Origin: an uncultured delta proteobacterium
Lineage (GTDB): Bacteria > Myxococcota > Myxococcia > Myxococcales > Anaeromyxobacteraceae
Reading direction: 5' to 3'
DNA length: 64,000 nucleotides
Assembly (NCBI GenBank): GCA_963814585.1
Contig: CAWFDF010000004.1
Coordinates: 384,001 to 448,000 of the forward strand
The translations under genes and the position numbers were made by a program. This document shows positions 10,653-19,340 of this stretch, piece after piece. Below the pieces are notes generated by a model. It was not told the origin of the DNA. It worked only from the letters and a program-made list of their open reading frames with translations, and searched no databases. The number at the start of each line of letters is the position of its first letter. Positions within the stretch are counted from its first letter, which is position 1.

Positions 10653-10736
10653 TGCGGGTCGGGAGAGCCAAGCCCGAAGCGAGGACGGGGCCCGAGGAGG
10701 GAGCAGCGGAGGCGTGCCAGCGCTGGTGCCGCGCCC

Positions 10737-10891
10737 CAGGCAAGATGGCGTGCCGAGAGTGTCGAGACCGATGCGAGGCTGGCGCCCGAGGTGGGAGCGG
10801 TGGAAGCGGACCAGCGCTACGTTGAGCGGCGGACCGACGAGGCCGCCCGCCGCAGCGAGAGGATCGGCACTCGCAGGAGGCATCTCGCCTG
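10737..10891. repeat. Complete copy of the structured repeat with 11-bp terminal inverted repeats
   Basis: CAGGCAAGATG ... CATCTCGCCTG (1 mismatch); homologous to 9837-9990. Confidence 0.85.
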
Positions 10892-10962
10892 GATCGGGGC
10901 ACTCGGTGGCGCTGGCGATGCGCGGGCCGCGCACGGCCGGCGGGGCGCTCTCAGTCGATGCG

Positions 10963-11007
10963 GCCGCTCTCGCTGGAGGCGCAGGATGCGTTCCTCCAGC
11001 GGGCGGC
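10963..11007 (-). terminator. Strong hairpin immediately after the HNH gene stop (no U-tract)
   Basis: CGCTGGAGG/CCTCCAGCG 9-bp stem, inner CGCA/TGCG stem and outer GCCGC/GCGGC stem. Confidence 0.45.
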
Positions 11008-11008
11008 G

Positions 11009-12550
11009 TCAGGTGGCGCGGCCAGCGCGCTGATAGCGTCCCATCCAGCGCGCACCGAACGCCTGCCGCGCCGCGAGAGCGTTGTGGTGGTGGCAGGTGA
11101 GGCGAAGGTTGTCCTCCATCTTGCCACCGGACCTGGCCCACGGCACGACGTGGTCGAGCTCGAGCTGGTGGGTGGAGCCGCACACGCCCCCGCCATCGAT
11201 CGGCCAGCAGCAGCGGCCGCCATCCCGCTCCCAGACGGCACGACGGACGGCGGCGGGAATGGTTTCGCGGGGACCGGTACGGCGAGGCGGACGTGGCTCC
11301 GTGGTGGGCGGGCCGGTCGGTCGTGGCTCGGTCGGGAGGACCGCGAAGTGTGGCGAGGTCTCCTGCAGCGGCCGCGCCAGGCCGCCCTGCGACTTCGAGA
11401 TGATGCTTACTGCCTCCGCCTGCGGTGCAACCACGGGAGGTTCCTCCGCCCGAGGCGCCGCCACGCGAGGTGCATCCGCCCGAGGTGCCGCCACGCAAGG
11501 TGCATCCGCCCGAGGTGCCGCCACGCGAGGTGCATCCGCCCGAGGTGCCGCAACGCAAGGTGCATCCGCCCGAGGTGCCGCTACGCAAGGTGCATCCGCT
11601 TGCGTTGCCACCGCGCGAGGTGCCTCCGCCTGAGGTGCCTCCACGGCGAGCGTGGTCCGCGGCCTCTTCACCTGCCCCCGCGCCCTGGCCTGCTTCTCCA
11701 GCAGCAGGTCGAGCGCCGCCTCGAGGACCTGCTCCATGGTGGCGCCGCGGATGGCGTGGGAGAGCCCATCGCGAGCGGCCTCCAGCTTCTGCACCACCCG
11801 CGTGCCGACGTTGAAGTGGACCCGGCGCACTTCGGCCGTGAGCGGCACGACCTCGTCGCGCTTGGTCAGGAGGGTGCCGGCTCCCCCAATGGCACCTCCC
11901 CCATTCGCGAAGTCTGACGTCAGAACTCGCGAAAGAGGGACCTCGGCCGGGTGCGTGCCGGTCAGCGGTGCGGACTCGGGCGCGAAAGCAGTCGGGGACG
12001 CCAACGTGAGCAAGGGTTGAGTGATGGTGGCCGGTGACGCCACCGACTGGTCCTGCACCCGGGTCACCACCATCCTCGTGCTCGGAACCGGACGCGGCTG
12101 GAGTTCGGCGACCAGCTCCTGGGCCTCGCGGGCCGAGCGGCCGAAGAAGCGGGGAGCCACGACGGTGAGGTTCTCCCTGGTCAGCACCTTGGCCAGTTCG
12201 GCGACGGTTGAGAGGCAGAGCCGGCCGTCGCGGAGCGGCTCGATCACCTCGGGAAAGTCCTGGAGCAGCTCGGCGGCGCTCTTCCGGTAGAAGGCCGCGC
12301 TCTTCGAGAGCTGCAGCTCGACGTGCAGGAAGGCGAACAGGTTGGCGTGCCCGAGCGGCTCCCAGCCGCGGCGGTGATCGAAGTCGGCCAGCGCGACCAG
12401 GAAGTCGGCCATGGCGGCCTGCTCGGTGCGGAGCAGGGTCTTGAGTGAGTCGCGGAGCCGGCGTGCTTCCAGGAGTTCGAGCGGACGGCTGGCCGGAGCG
12501 TGAGCGAGTGCCGCGGCCGAGGACACAGTCGGTTGCGCGTGGTTGATCAT
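11009..12550 (-). CDS. HNH endonuclease with long DUF222-like helical N-terminus (myxobacterial type)
   Basis: C-terminal IPAAVRRAVWERDGGRC...C...LELDHVVPWA..GG...DNLRLTCHHHN; N-terminal FLVALADFD.RR.W..LG..LFAF. Confidence 0.88.
   Translation of the reverse strand: MINHAQPTVSSAAALAHAPASRPLELLEARRLRDSLKTLLRTEQAAMADFLVALADFDHRRGWEPLGHANLFAFLHVELQLSKSAAFYRKSAAELLQDFPEVIEPLRDGRLCLSTVAELAKVLTRENLTVVAPRFFGRSAREAQELVAELQPRPVPSTRMVVTRVQDQSVASPATITQPLLTLASPTAFAPESAPLTGTHPAEVPLSRVLTSDFANGGGAIGGAGTLLTKRDEVVPLTAEVRRVHFNVGTRVVQKLEAARDGLSHAIRGATMEQVLEAALDLLLEKQARARGQVKRPRTTLAVEAPQAEAPRAVATQADAPCVAAPRADAPCVAAPRADAPRVAAPRADAPCVAAPRADAPRVAAPRAEEPPVVAPQAEAVSIISKSQGGLARPLQETSPHFAVLPTEPRPTGPPTTEPRPPRRTGPRETIPAAVRRAVWERDGGRCCWPIDGGGVCGSTHQLELDHVVPWARSGGKMEDNLRLTCHHHNALAARQAFGARWMGRYQRAGRAT
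11415..11642 (-). repeat. In-frame 30-bp tandem repeat (APRADAP[CR]VA), about 7 units, in the HNH linker
   Basis: GCATCCGCCCGAGGTGCCG[C/A]... units visible in both DNA and protein. Confidence 0.9.
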
Positions 12551-12556
12551 TCACGC

Positions 12557-12578
12557 AGCGTCTCATGCGGGTCTGACA
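12557..12578 (-). promoter_or_regulatory. Putative RecA-NDp/PafBC-like promoter of the HNH gene (leaderless)
   Basis: Minus strand reads TGTCAG-N10-GACGCT-N6-ATG; consensus is TGTCRG-N10-TAnnnT (one mismatch in the -10); no Shine-Dalgarno sequence. Confidence 0.4.
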
Positions 12579-12865
12579 TTTTCGGCCAAGGGAGGATGCA
12601 TGGAACCCAACAGGGACGGGTGTTTGGTGCCAGTCAAGACATCGCTGACAGTTGGCTGCATGGCGTCGCCCGAGGCCAATCGCCCTTCGCATCGCCCTCC
12701 GGTCGCCCTTCGGTAGCGCTCGCAGTGCAGAGCGCCGCTTGCCGCCGCCAGCGCCCCGTCCGCCCGTCCCGGCTCCGCTTGCGCACGCAGGCCTCTTCTC
12801 CGCGCCCATGGCTCGCCGAACCGTGACGACCACCCTCCCCGTCGCGCCGTCCGCCCAGGCTCACC

Positions 12866-12985
12866 GACCGCCGCTCCTCCCGACCGCCGCCTTTCCCGAC
12901 TGCCGCTCCTCCCGGCCGCCGCTGTTCCCGACTGCCGCTCCTCCCGGCCGCCGCTCCTCCCGACCGCCGCGCCTCCCGACCGCCG
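12866..12985. repeat. 16-bp minisatellite, 7.5 copies (GACCGCCGCTCCTCCC)
   Basis: Units start at 12866, 12882, 12898, 12914, 12930, 12946, 12962 and 12978. Confidence 0.93.
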
Positions 12986-13014
12986 ACGACTTCGAGGGGG
13001 ACCTGGCGCCCGCC

Positions 13015-13503
13015 TCAGATCGGATACGCCCCGACGTCCATCAGCTCCCACGCCGGCGCCTCGGCCAGCAGCTCCGCCACCGTCCGCCCGGTCCCCGGCA
13101 CCACTCGCTCGCCGCCGAGCTCGGCCAGCGGCTGGAGCACGAAGCGGCGCGCGGCCAGCGCCGGGTGCGGGAGCACCAGCCCCGGCTCGGCGACGAGGGC
13201 GTCGCCGACGAGGAGCAGGTCGAGATCCAGCGTGCGCGCCCCCCAGCGGACGTCGCGGCGGCGGCGGGCCCGGCGCTCCACCGCCTGCAGCGCGGCCAGC
13301 AGCGCCCGCGGCGGCAGGGTGGTCTCCAGCTCCAGCACGGCGTTGAGGTAGCGCGGCTGCGGCGGGCCGAGCGGCGCCGAGTCCCAGACCCGCGAGCCAC
13401 GCACCACGGCGACGCCCGGCGTGGCGCGCAGCGCGCGCGCCGCCAGCGCCAGCCAGGCCCAGCGACTCCCGAGGTTGGTCCCGACGCCGACGAAGGCCCG
13501 CAT
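13015..13503 (-). CDS. folK: 2-amino-4-hydroxy-6-hydroxymethyldihydropteridine diphosphokinase
   Basis: GVGTNLG, QPRYLNAV, RWGARTLDLDLL and LPHP..R.FVL.PL motifs. Confidence 0.95.
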   Translation of the reverse strand: MRAFVGVGTNLGSRWAWLALAARALRATPGVAVVRGSRVWDSAPLGPPQPRYLNAVLELETTLPPRALLAALQAVERRARRRRDVRWGARTLDLDLLLVGDALVAEPGLVLPHPALAARRFVLQPLAELGGERVVPGTGRTVAELLAEAPAWELMDVGAYPI

Positions 13504-13553
13504 GGCGCATTCCTAGCCCGGCGCGGCCCGGACCGCCACCGCCCGAGGCGGCG

Positions 13554-13607
13554 TGTACGGAGCATTGAAGATGTCCGCCCCGTGAGCTTTCGAAGATGTC
13601 CGCATTC
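13554..13607 (+). mobile_element. Orphan IS-end-like sequence (TGT terminus plus two internal direct repeats)
   Basis: TGTACG, then GAAGATGTCCGC at 13567 and 13592, each preceded by GAGC; locally lower GC. Confidence 0.4.
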
Positions 13608-13658
13608 CAGGGGGTATGTTGGACGGGTCGGATGGACTCGATGGCGTCGCTGGCCGCC

Positions 13659-13795
13659 CGACACGTGCTCGACGGTCCGCGGTGCGGCGGCCGGATGCAG
13701 CTCATCGCCGAGGCCGGGGTGGCGGGGAGGTTCCCCGATCACCTCGGGGTGCGCCGATCGGTGCCGCGGCCGATCCGATGCCAGGGCCCCTCCCC
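13659..13795 (+). pseudogene. Degenerate remnant of an IS91-like transposase C-terminus
   Basis: HVLDGPRCGGRMQLIAEAGVAGRFPDHLGV..VPRP.R..GP resembles the recalled DVL.CPRCGGRM.LIA....IL.HLGL...P.PARGPP tail. Confidence 0.5.
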
Positions 13796-13818
13796 CCGGC
13801 TGGCTCCGGCGCTCGGCC

Positions 13819-15234
13819 TCACGCCGCGCGCGGGCTGGTGCCCGGCGCCTCCCAGGCCGGGTTGCGATCGTGCATGGCGGCCAGCAGGCCGACCATCCGG
13901 CCCATGACCTGCGCCGGGTCGGCCTCGCCGGAGACCGCCTCCTGGACGCCCGCGGCCACCGCGTGGGCGGCGTAGGCCCCTTCCGCGTACTTCCCCGCCG
14001 CCACGTCCGGGCCGGCCTTCCCGCCTCCGGCGCCGCCCGGCCGCAAGGTCCGGCGCAGCTCGGCCACGATCGCCTCGTCGGAGTCCCGCCAGTCCTGGAT
14101 CTGGAGCAGCGTGCGTCCCTCCAGCGAGGCCAGCGGCGTCTGGACGATGGCCCGCGCCACCTCGGCCGCCGAGGCCTTGGCCACGCCGGCGGTCACCGCC
14201 GTATCGCCCAGGTGGATCCGGCCGAGGTCCCGGTCGGCCTCGGCGACCAGCCGGTTGGCCCACTGCGACGCCCCCTTGAAGGAGAGCAGCCGCACCGTCT
14301 CCGCCGCCAGGTAGGCGCGGGCCAGGTCGGCCGGGTGCGGGTCCTCCGCGTCGCCGTCGGTCCGGAGCGCCGGCGTCCCGCCCCAGGCGCCGTTCATCCC
14401 GCGGAAGTACCCGATCAGCCCCTCGGCCGCGGCCGGCCCCATGTTGAGCACCCCGAGGACGTCGGACGCGGCCTCGTCGATCCGATCGGCCCAGTAGTCG
14501 GCCACGGCCGGGGCCGCCCTCCCGGCCAGCAGGCGCCTCCTCACCACCTCCGCCAGCTCGTCGGCCAGCCCCACGTCGGCCGCCAGCAGGTCGTGGCCGG
14601 CCACCTCGTGGGCCAGGGCCGGCCAGGCCAGCAGGCCGGAGGTGGCGTTGGCCGCCGGCAGGCTCACCACCGCCACCTCGACGCCGAGCGAGGCGGTGGC
14701 GGTCACCGGCCAGGTGTAGGGACCGGACTCGGAGCTCCCCCAGCGGACCAGGGGTGGCAGGAGGCCGCCCTCCGGTGGCTTCACGCCCTGCTTCCCCTCG
14801 GCGGCCAGGAAGCCGTCGTAGAGGTCGCTGACCACCTCCTGGAAGGCGGCGGTGGCCCGGGCCTGGTAGCCCTCGCCGTGCTGCAGGACCGCCTGCGCCA
14901 CGTCGAGCAGCAGCCCCGCCTCGCCCTCCCGGTCGGGATCCTCCGCCAGCAGCCGGGCGAACCCGGCCGCGCCGAGCTGGTCGAGCCGGCGCAGCAGCGG
15001 CTCGACGGCGGCCTCCCGGTAGGGCGCCGGCAGGCTGGCCTCGGCCCGCACCAGGCGCGCCCGGAGCGTGGCGAAGGCGCGGGGATCGGCGGGGCCGTCG
15101 GCCCCCGCCAGGGCCGCCAGCTGCGCGTCCTCGACGCAGGCCGGCAACCCAGCCAGCGAGGTCGGGTCGGGGCGTGGGCGGGTGACGACGGAGGGGTGAA
15201 GTGGGACGGCCGTGGAGATGGCGGTCAGGTTCAT
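13819..15234 (-). CDS. Hypothetical protein, putative zinc metallopeptidase (HExxxH)
   Basis: LAHEVAGHD, downstream EAASD and DPHPADLAR; GGAG RBS. Confidence 0.75.
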   Translation of the reverse strand: MNLTAISTAVPLHPSVVTRPRPDPTSLAGLPACVEDAQLAALAGADGPADPRAFATLRARLVRAEASLPAPYREAAVEPLLRRLDQLGAAGFARLLAEDPDREGEAGLLLDVAQAVLQHGEGYQARATAAFQEVVSDLYDGFLAAEGKQGVKPPEGGLLPPLVRWGSSESGPYTWPVTATASLGVEVAVVSLPAANATSGLLAWPALAHEVAGHDLLAADVGLADELAEVVRRRLLAGRAAPAVADYWADRIDEAASDVLGVLNMGPAAAEGLIGYFRGMNGAWGGTPALRTDGDAEDPHPADLARAYLAAETVRLLSFKGASQWANRLVAEADRDLGRIHLGDTAVTAGVAKASAAEVARAIVQTPLASLEGRTLLQIQDWRDSDEAIVAELRRTLRPGGAGGGKAGPDVAAGKYAEGAYAAHAVAAGVQEAVSGEADPAQVMGRMVGLLAAMHDRNPAWEAPGTSPRAA

Positions 15235-15267
15235 GTGGGCTCCCAGGTCTGTTCGACCCGGACCCGG

Positions 15268-15284
15268 TTGCCATGACCGTGCCG
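15268..15284 (-). promoter_or_regulatory. Putative sigma-54 -24/-12 promoter
   Basis: CGGCACG-GTCA-TGGCAA (GG-N10-GC), about 35 nt upstream of ATG15234. Confidence 0.5.
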
Positions 15285-15514
15285 GCGCGCCGGGGCGCCG
15301 ATCGCGCGCCGTCGCCTGCGAACACGGGGGCTTGCGCGATCGCGTCCGTCAGGCGGCCGACGCCACGTGCGTGCCGCGGCCACCGAGGTCTGCGCCGCGG
15401 CCGGGGGCGCGGCCCGGTGCCCGCCCGCACCGGCACGCAGCGGACCGAGGAGTCCGCCCGGCGCAGCCAGGCAGCGTTCGCCGGAGCAGGGCCCGGGCCA
15501 GGGGCGTGGCGCTC

Positions 15515-16267
15515 TCAGCTCACGGGGTTTCGCAGCACCCCGAGCCCGCTCACCTCCACCTCGACCACGTCGCCGGGCTGGATGCGGCTGACGCCCTCGG
15601 GCGTCCCGGTGGCCACCACGTCGCCGGGCCACAGCGTCATGACGCCGGAGATGAAGGCCAGGAGCGCGTAGGCGTCGAAGGCCATGTCGCGGGTGGCGCC
15701 GCGCTGCCGCTCGGCGCCGTTGACCCGACAGACGACGGCCAGGTCGGCCGGGTCGAGGCTGGTGTCGATCCAGGGCCCCACCGGGCAGAAGGTGTCGAAC
15801 CCCTTGGCGCGGGTGAACTGCTTCTCCTCGCGCTGGATGTCACGGGCGGTGACGTCATCGAGGCAGGTGTAGCCGAAGACGGCCTGGCGGGCCTCGGCGG
15901 CGCCGGCGCGGGAGAGGGCGCGCCCCACCACCACCGCCAGCTCCGCCTCGTGCTGCACGTCGCTCGACTGGGGCGGACAGCGGATCGCCTCCTCCGGGCC
16001 GATGACGGCGCTGGGCGGCTTGAGGAAGAGGAGCGGCACCTTCGGCACCTCGTTGCCCAGCTCCCGGGCGTGGGCCAGGTAGTTGCGCCCGACGCAGACC
16101 ACCTTGCTGGGCCGCACCGGCGCCAGCAGCGTCACCTCGGAGAGCGGGACCGGCCTCCCCTCGGCCAGGCCGCCGGACCAGGGCTCGCCAGTGAGGGAGC
16201 GGACCCGGTCCCCCTCGATGACGCCCCACCGCTCCTCGCCGCCGAGGCGGTAGCGGCAGGTCCTCAT
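15515..16267 (-). CDS. Fumarylacetoacetate hydrolase family protein
   Basis: [40 protein letters not shown] and TGTPEGV motifs. Confidence 0.93.
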   Translation of the reverse strand: MRTCRYRLGGEERWGVIEGDRVRSLTGEPWSGGLAEGRPVPLSEVTLLAPVRPSKVVCVGRNYLAHARELGNEVPKVPLLFLKPPSAVIGPEEAIRCPPQSSDVQHEAELAVVVGRALSRAGAAEARQAVFGYTCLDDVTARDIQREEKQFTRAKGFDTFCPVGPWIDTSLDPADLAVVCRVNGAERQRGATRDMAFDAYALLAFISGVMTLWPGDVVATGTPEGVSRIQPGDVVEVEVSGLGVLRNPVS

Positions 16268-17073
16268 GACCCCTTCCTGAACCCGAGCACGTCGGCCATG
16301 TCGTAGAGGCCCGGCTTCCGGCCCGGCAGCCAGGCGGCGGCGCGGACGGCGCCCCGGGCGAACTGCTCCCGGGCGGTGGCGCGGTGGGTCAGCTCGAGCC
16401 GCTCGCCGTCGCCGCAGAAGTAGACGGTGTGCTCGCCGACGATGTCGCCGCCCCGGACGGTCTGGACGCCGATCTCGCGGGGCGGCCGCTCGCCGATCAT
16501 GCCGTGGCGGGCAAAGGTGAGGTCGGAGGCGGCGTCCCGGCCGAGCGCCCCGGCCGCCACCTCGGCCAGCTTCATGGCGGTGCCGCTCGGCGCGTCCTTC
16601 TTCCGCTTGTGGTGAAGCTCGACGATCTCGACGTCGTAGGCGTCGCCCAGCGCCGCGGCCGCCTGCCTCACCAGCTCGAAGAGGACGTTCACGCCCACGC
16701 TCATGTTGGGCGACAGCAGCACCGGGATGCGCCGCGCCGCGGCCGCCACCCGCGCCCTGGCCTCGGGCGTGAAGCCGGTCGAGCCGATCACCAGCGGCAC
16801 GCCGGCCTCGGCGCAGGCCTCGGCGTGGGCCGCCGAGGCCTCGAAGCCGGTGAAGTCGATGACCGCGCCGGCGCCCGGGAGCGCCGCGGCCAGGGCCTCG
16901 ACCACCGCGACGCCGCCGGGTGCCAGCCCGGCCAGGACCAGGGCGTCCTGCCCCAGGCCACCCGGCGCGCGGTCCACCGCGCCGTGCAGCCGGAGGGTGC
17001 TCGAGGCGGCCACCAGCCGGACGATCTCGCGCCCCATCCGGCCGGCCGCGCCGCTCACCACCACGTTGATCAT
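16264..17073 (-). CDS. dapB: 4-hydroxy-tetrahydrodipicolinate reductase
   Basis: [19 protein letters not shown] and [15 protein letters not shown] motifs. Confidence 0.97.
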   Translation of the reverse strand: MINVVVSGAAGRMGREIVRLVAASSTLRLHGAVDRAPGGLGQDALVLAGLAPGGVAVVEALAAALPGAGAVIDFTGFEASAAHAEACAEAGVPLVIGSTGFTPEARARVAAAARRIPVLLSPNMSVGVNVLFELVRQAAAALGDAYDVEIVELHHKRKKDAPSGTAMKLAEVAAGALGRDAASDLTFARHGMIGERPPREIGVQTVRGGDIVGEHTVYFCGDGERLELTHRATAREQFARGAVRAAAWLPGRKPGLYDMADVLGFRKGS

Positions 17074-17122
17074 CGGGCTCCTCCGCGCCCGGCGAGCCGG
17101 GCCGGGCCGTTGGCGACGGGGC

Positions 17123-18007
17123 TCAGGCCAGCTTCAGGCCGAACTTCTGCATGGCCGCCCGGATCCTGGCCAGGCTGGCCTCCGAGACCGGCGCCAGCGG
17201 CAGCCGCAGCTCCGGCCCGGCGCGCCCCAGCAGCGCCACGCCGGCCTTGACCGGGCCGGGGTTGGTCTCGACGAACATCATCCGGTTCAGCTCGGCCATG
17301 GCCACCTGCAGCCGCAGCCCCGTGGCGAGGTCCCCCTGGCGGCAGGCCACCACCAGCTCCTTCATGGCCCGCGGCGCGATGTTGGCCACCACCGAGATGA
17401 CGCCGTGGCCGCCGCAGGCGATGTAGGGGAGCACGGTGAAGTCGTCGCCGGACAGGTAGGCGAGCCCGTCCTTCCCGCACAGCTCCACGAGCTGGACCTG
17501 GCGGTCCAGGTTGGCGGTCGCCTCCTTGATGCCGCAGATGGCGCCGGCCTTGACGAGCCGGGCCACGGTCTCCGGCAGCAGGTCCACCGCGGTGCGCGAG
17601 GGGACGTTGTAGGCCACCACCGGGAACCGGGCGGCCTCCCAGATGGCCTGGTAGTGCCGGAACAGGCCCTCCTGGGTCGGCTTGTTGTAGTAGGGCGTCA
17701 CCACCAGCGCGGCGTCGGCCTTCAGCTCCCGGGCCGCCTTGACGCCCTCGATGGCCTCGTGCGTGGCGTTGGAGCCGGCGCCGGCGATCACCAGGGCGCG
17801 CCCCTTCACCTGGTCGACCACCGTCTTCACCACCTCGTACCGCTCCCTGGCGGTGAGCGTGGCGCTCTCCCCGGTGGTGCCGCAGGGGATGATGCCGTCG
17901 GTCCCCTCCGCCAGCTGCCACTCGCACAGCTCGCGCAGGCTCTTGTGGTCCACGGCCCCGTCCTTCAAGGGGGTGACGATGGCCACCATCAATCCTTCGA
18001 GGCGCAT
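17123..18007 (-). CDS. dapA: 4-hydroxy-tetrahydrodipicolinate synthase
   Basis: [30 protein letters not shown] and LSGDD motifs. Confidence 0.97.
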   Translation of the reverse strand: MRLEGLMVAIVTPLKDGAVDHKSLRELCEWQLAEGTDGIIPCGTTGESATLTARERYEVVKTVVDQVKGRALVIAGAGSNATHEAIEGVKAARELKADAALVVTPYYNKPTQEGLFRHYQAIWEAARFPVVAYNVPSRTAVDLLPETVARLVKAGAICGIKEATANLDRQVQLVELCGKDGLAYLSGDDFTVLPYIACGGHGVISVVANIAPRAMKELVVACRQGDLATGLRLQVAMAELNRMMFVETNPGPVKAGVALLGRAGPELRLPLAPVSEASLARIRAAMQKFGLKLA

Positions 18008-18053
18008 GTGGGGCTCCGGGTGGTCCGGGTTGAGGTCGAGCGTCGAATCTAGC

Positions 18054-19340
18054 CTACCCGGGTCGCCGCCGGAACCGCTTCCGCGCCGGCCGTGGCAGCG
18101 CCTCGCCCCGGATCAGGTCCGGGTAGGTCTCGCGCTCCCGGGCCAGCAGGGCGCGGTCCCCGTCCACCAGCACCTCGGCGGCGCGCGGCCTGGAGTTGTA
18201 GTTGGAGGCCATGGTGAAGCCGTAGGCGCCGGCGGTCCGGACGCAGAGCAGGTCTCCCTCGGCCGGCAGCACCAGCCGGCGGTTGCGCGCCAGGAAGTCG
18301 CCCGACTCGCAGACCGGGCCGACCACGTCGCAGGTGACGGCCCGGGCGCCCCGGGGCGGCGCCACCACCGGCTCGATGCCATGCCAGGCGTCGTAGAAGG
18401 CCGGCCGGACCAGGTCGTTCATGGCCGCGTCCACCACCACGAAGGTCTTCCGGCCGCTGCGCTTCAGCTGGATGACGCGGGTGATGAGGACGCCGGCGTT
18501 CCCCACCAGCACCCGGCCCGGCTCGAGGTGGACCTCGCCCTCCCAGCCGGCCAGCGCCTCGCGGATGGCGGCGCCGTACTGGTCTGGCGAGGGCGGCTCC
18601 TCGTCGCGGTAGGTGACGCCCAGCCCGCCGCCCACGTCGAGGTGGCGCAGCCGGATGCCGGCCCGCGCCAGGTCGGCCGCCAGCGCCCGCACCCGCCCGA
18701 CCGCGTCGACGAAGGGTCGCAGCGTCGTGATCTGCGAGCCGATGTGGCAGGCCACGCCGCGGACGTCGAGGTGGGGATCCTGGACCGCCGCGTGGTAGAG
18801 CCGCCGCGCCTCGGCGACCGGGACGCCGAACTTGGACTCGCGCAGGCCGGTGGCGATGTAGGGGTGGGTCTTCGGATCCACGTCGGGGTTCACGCGGAGC
18901 GCGACCGGGGCGCGGACCTTGAGCCGCCGCGCCACCGCCGAGAGCCGCTGGAGCTCGCCGGCGCTCTCGACGTTGATGGTGCCGACCCCGGCGTCGAGCG
19001 CGAAGGCCAGCTCGTCGTCCCGCTTGCCGACGCCGCTGAAGACCACTCGGCCCGGGTGGCCGCCGGCCTTGAGCACGCGGTAGAGCTCACCGCCGGAGAC
19101 GATGTCGAAGCCGGCGCCGAGCCTGGCGAAGTGGGCCAGCACCGCCAGGTTGGAGTTGGCCTTGACGGCGTAGCAGATGAGGGCATCCAGGCCCCGCAGC
19201 GAGCCCTTCAGCACCCGCCAGTGCCGGCTCAGCGTCGCCGTCGAGTAGACGTAGAGCGGCGTGCCGTGCACCTCGGCGAGGTCGGCCACCGGGATCCGCT
19301 CGGCGTGGAGCTGGCCGCGGCGCGGCTGGAAGTGGTTCAC
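18054..19340 (-). CDS. lysA: Diaminopimelate decarboxylase
   Basis: YAVKANSN, HIGSQ, GGGLG, EPGR, CESGD and GAYG..MASNYN motifs. Confidence 0.97.
   Translation of the reverse strand: MNHFQPRRGQLHAERIPVADLAEVHGTPLYVYSTATLSRHWRVLKGSLRGLDALICYAVKANSNLAVLAHFARLGAGFDIVSGGELYRVLKAGGHPGRVVFSGVGKRDDELAFALDAGVGTINVESAGELQRLSAVARRLKVRAPVALRVNPDVDPKTHPYIATGLRESKFGVPVAEARRLYHAAVQDPHLDVRGVACHIGSQITTLRPFVDAVGRVRALAADLARAGIRLRHLDVGGGLGVTYRDEEPPSPDQYGAAIREALAGWEGEVHLEPGRVLVGNAGVLITRVIQLKRSGRKTFVVVDAAMNDLVRPAFYDAWHGIEPVVAPPRGARAVTCDVVGPVCESGDFLARNRRLVLPAEGDLLCVRTAGAYGFTMASNYNSRPRAAEVLVDGDRALLARERETYPDLIRGEALPRPARKRFRRRPG

Noticed and set aside
9719..12985. CRISPR array or Cas9/IscB-like locus
   Set aside because: The repeats lack unique spacers of regular length, and the HNH protein shows no recognisable RuvC motifs or cas neighbours.
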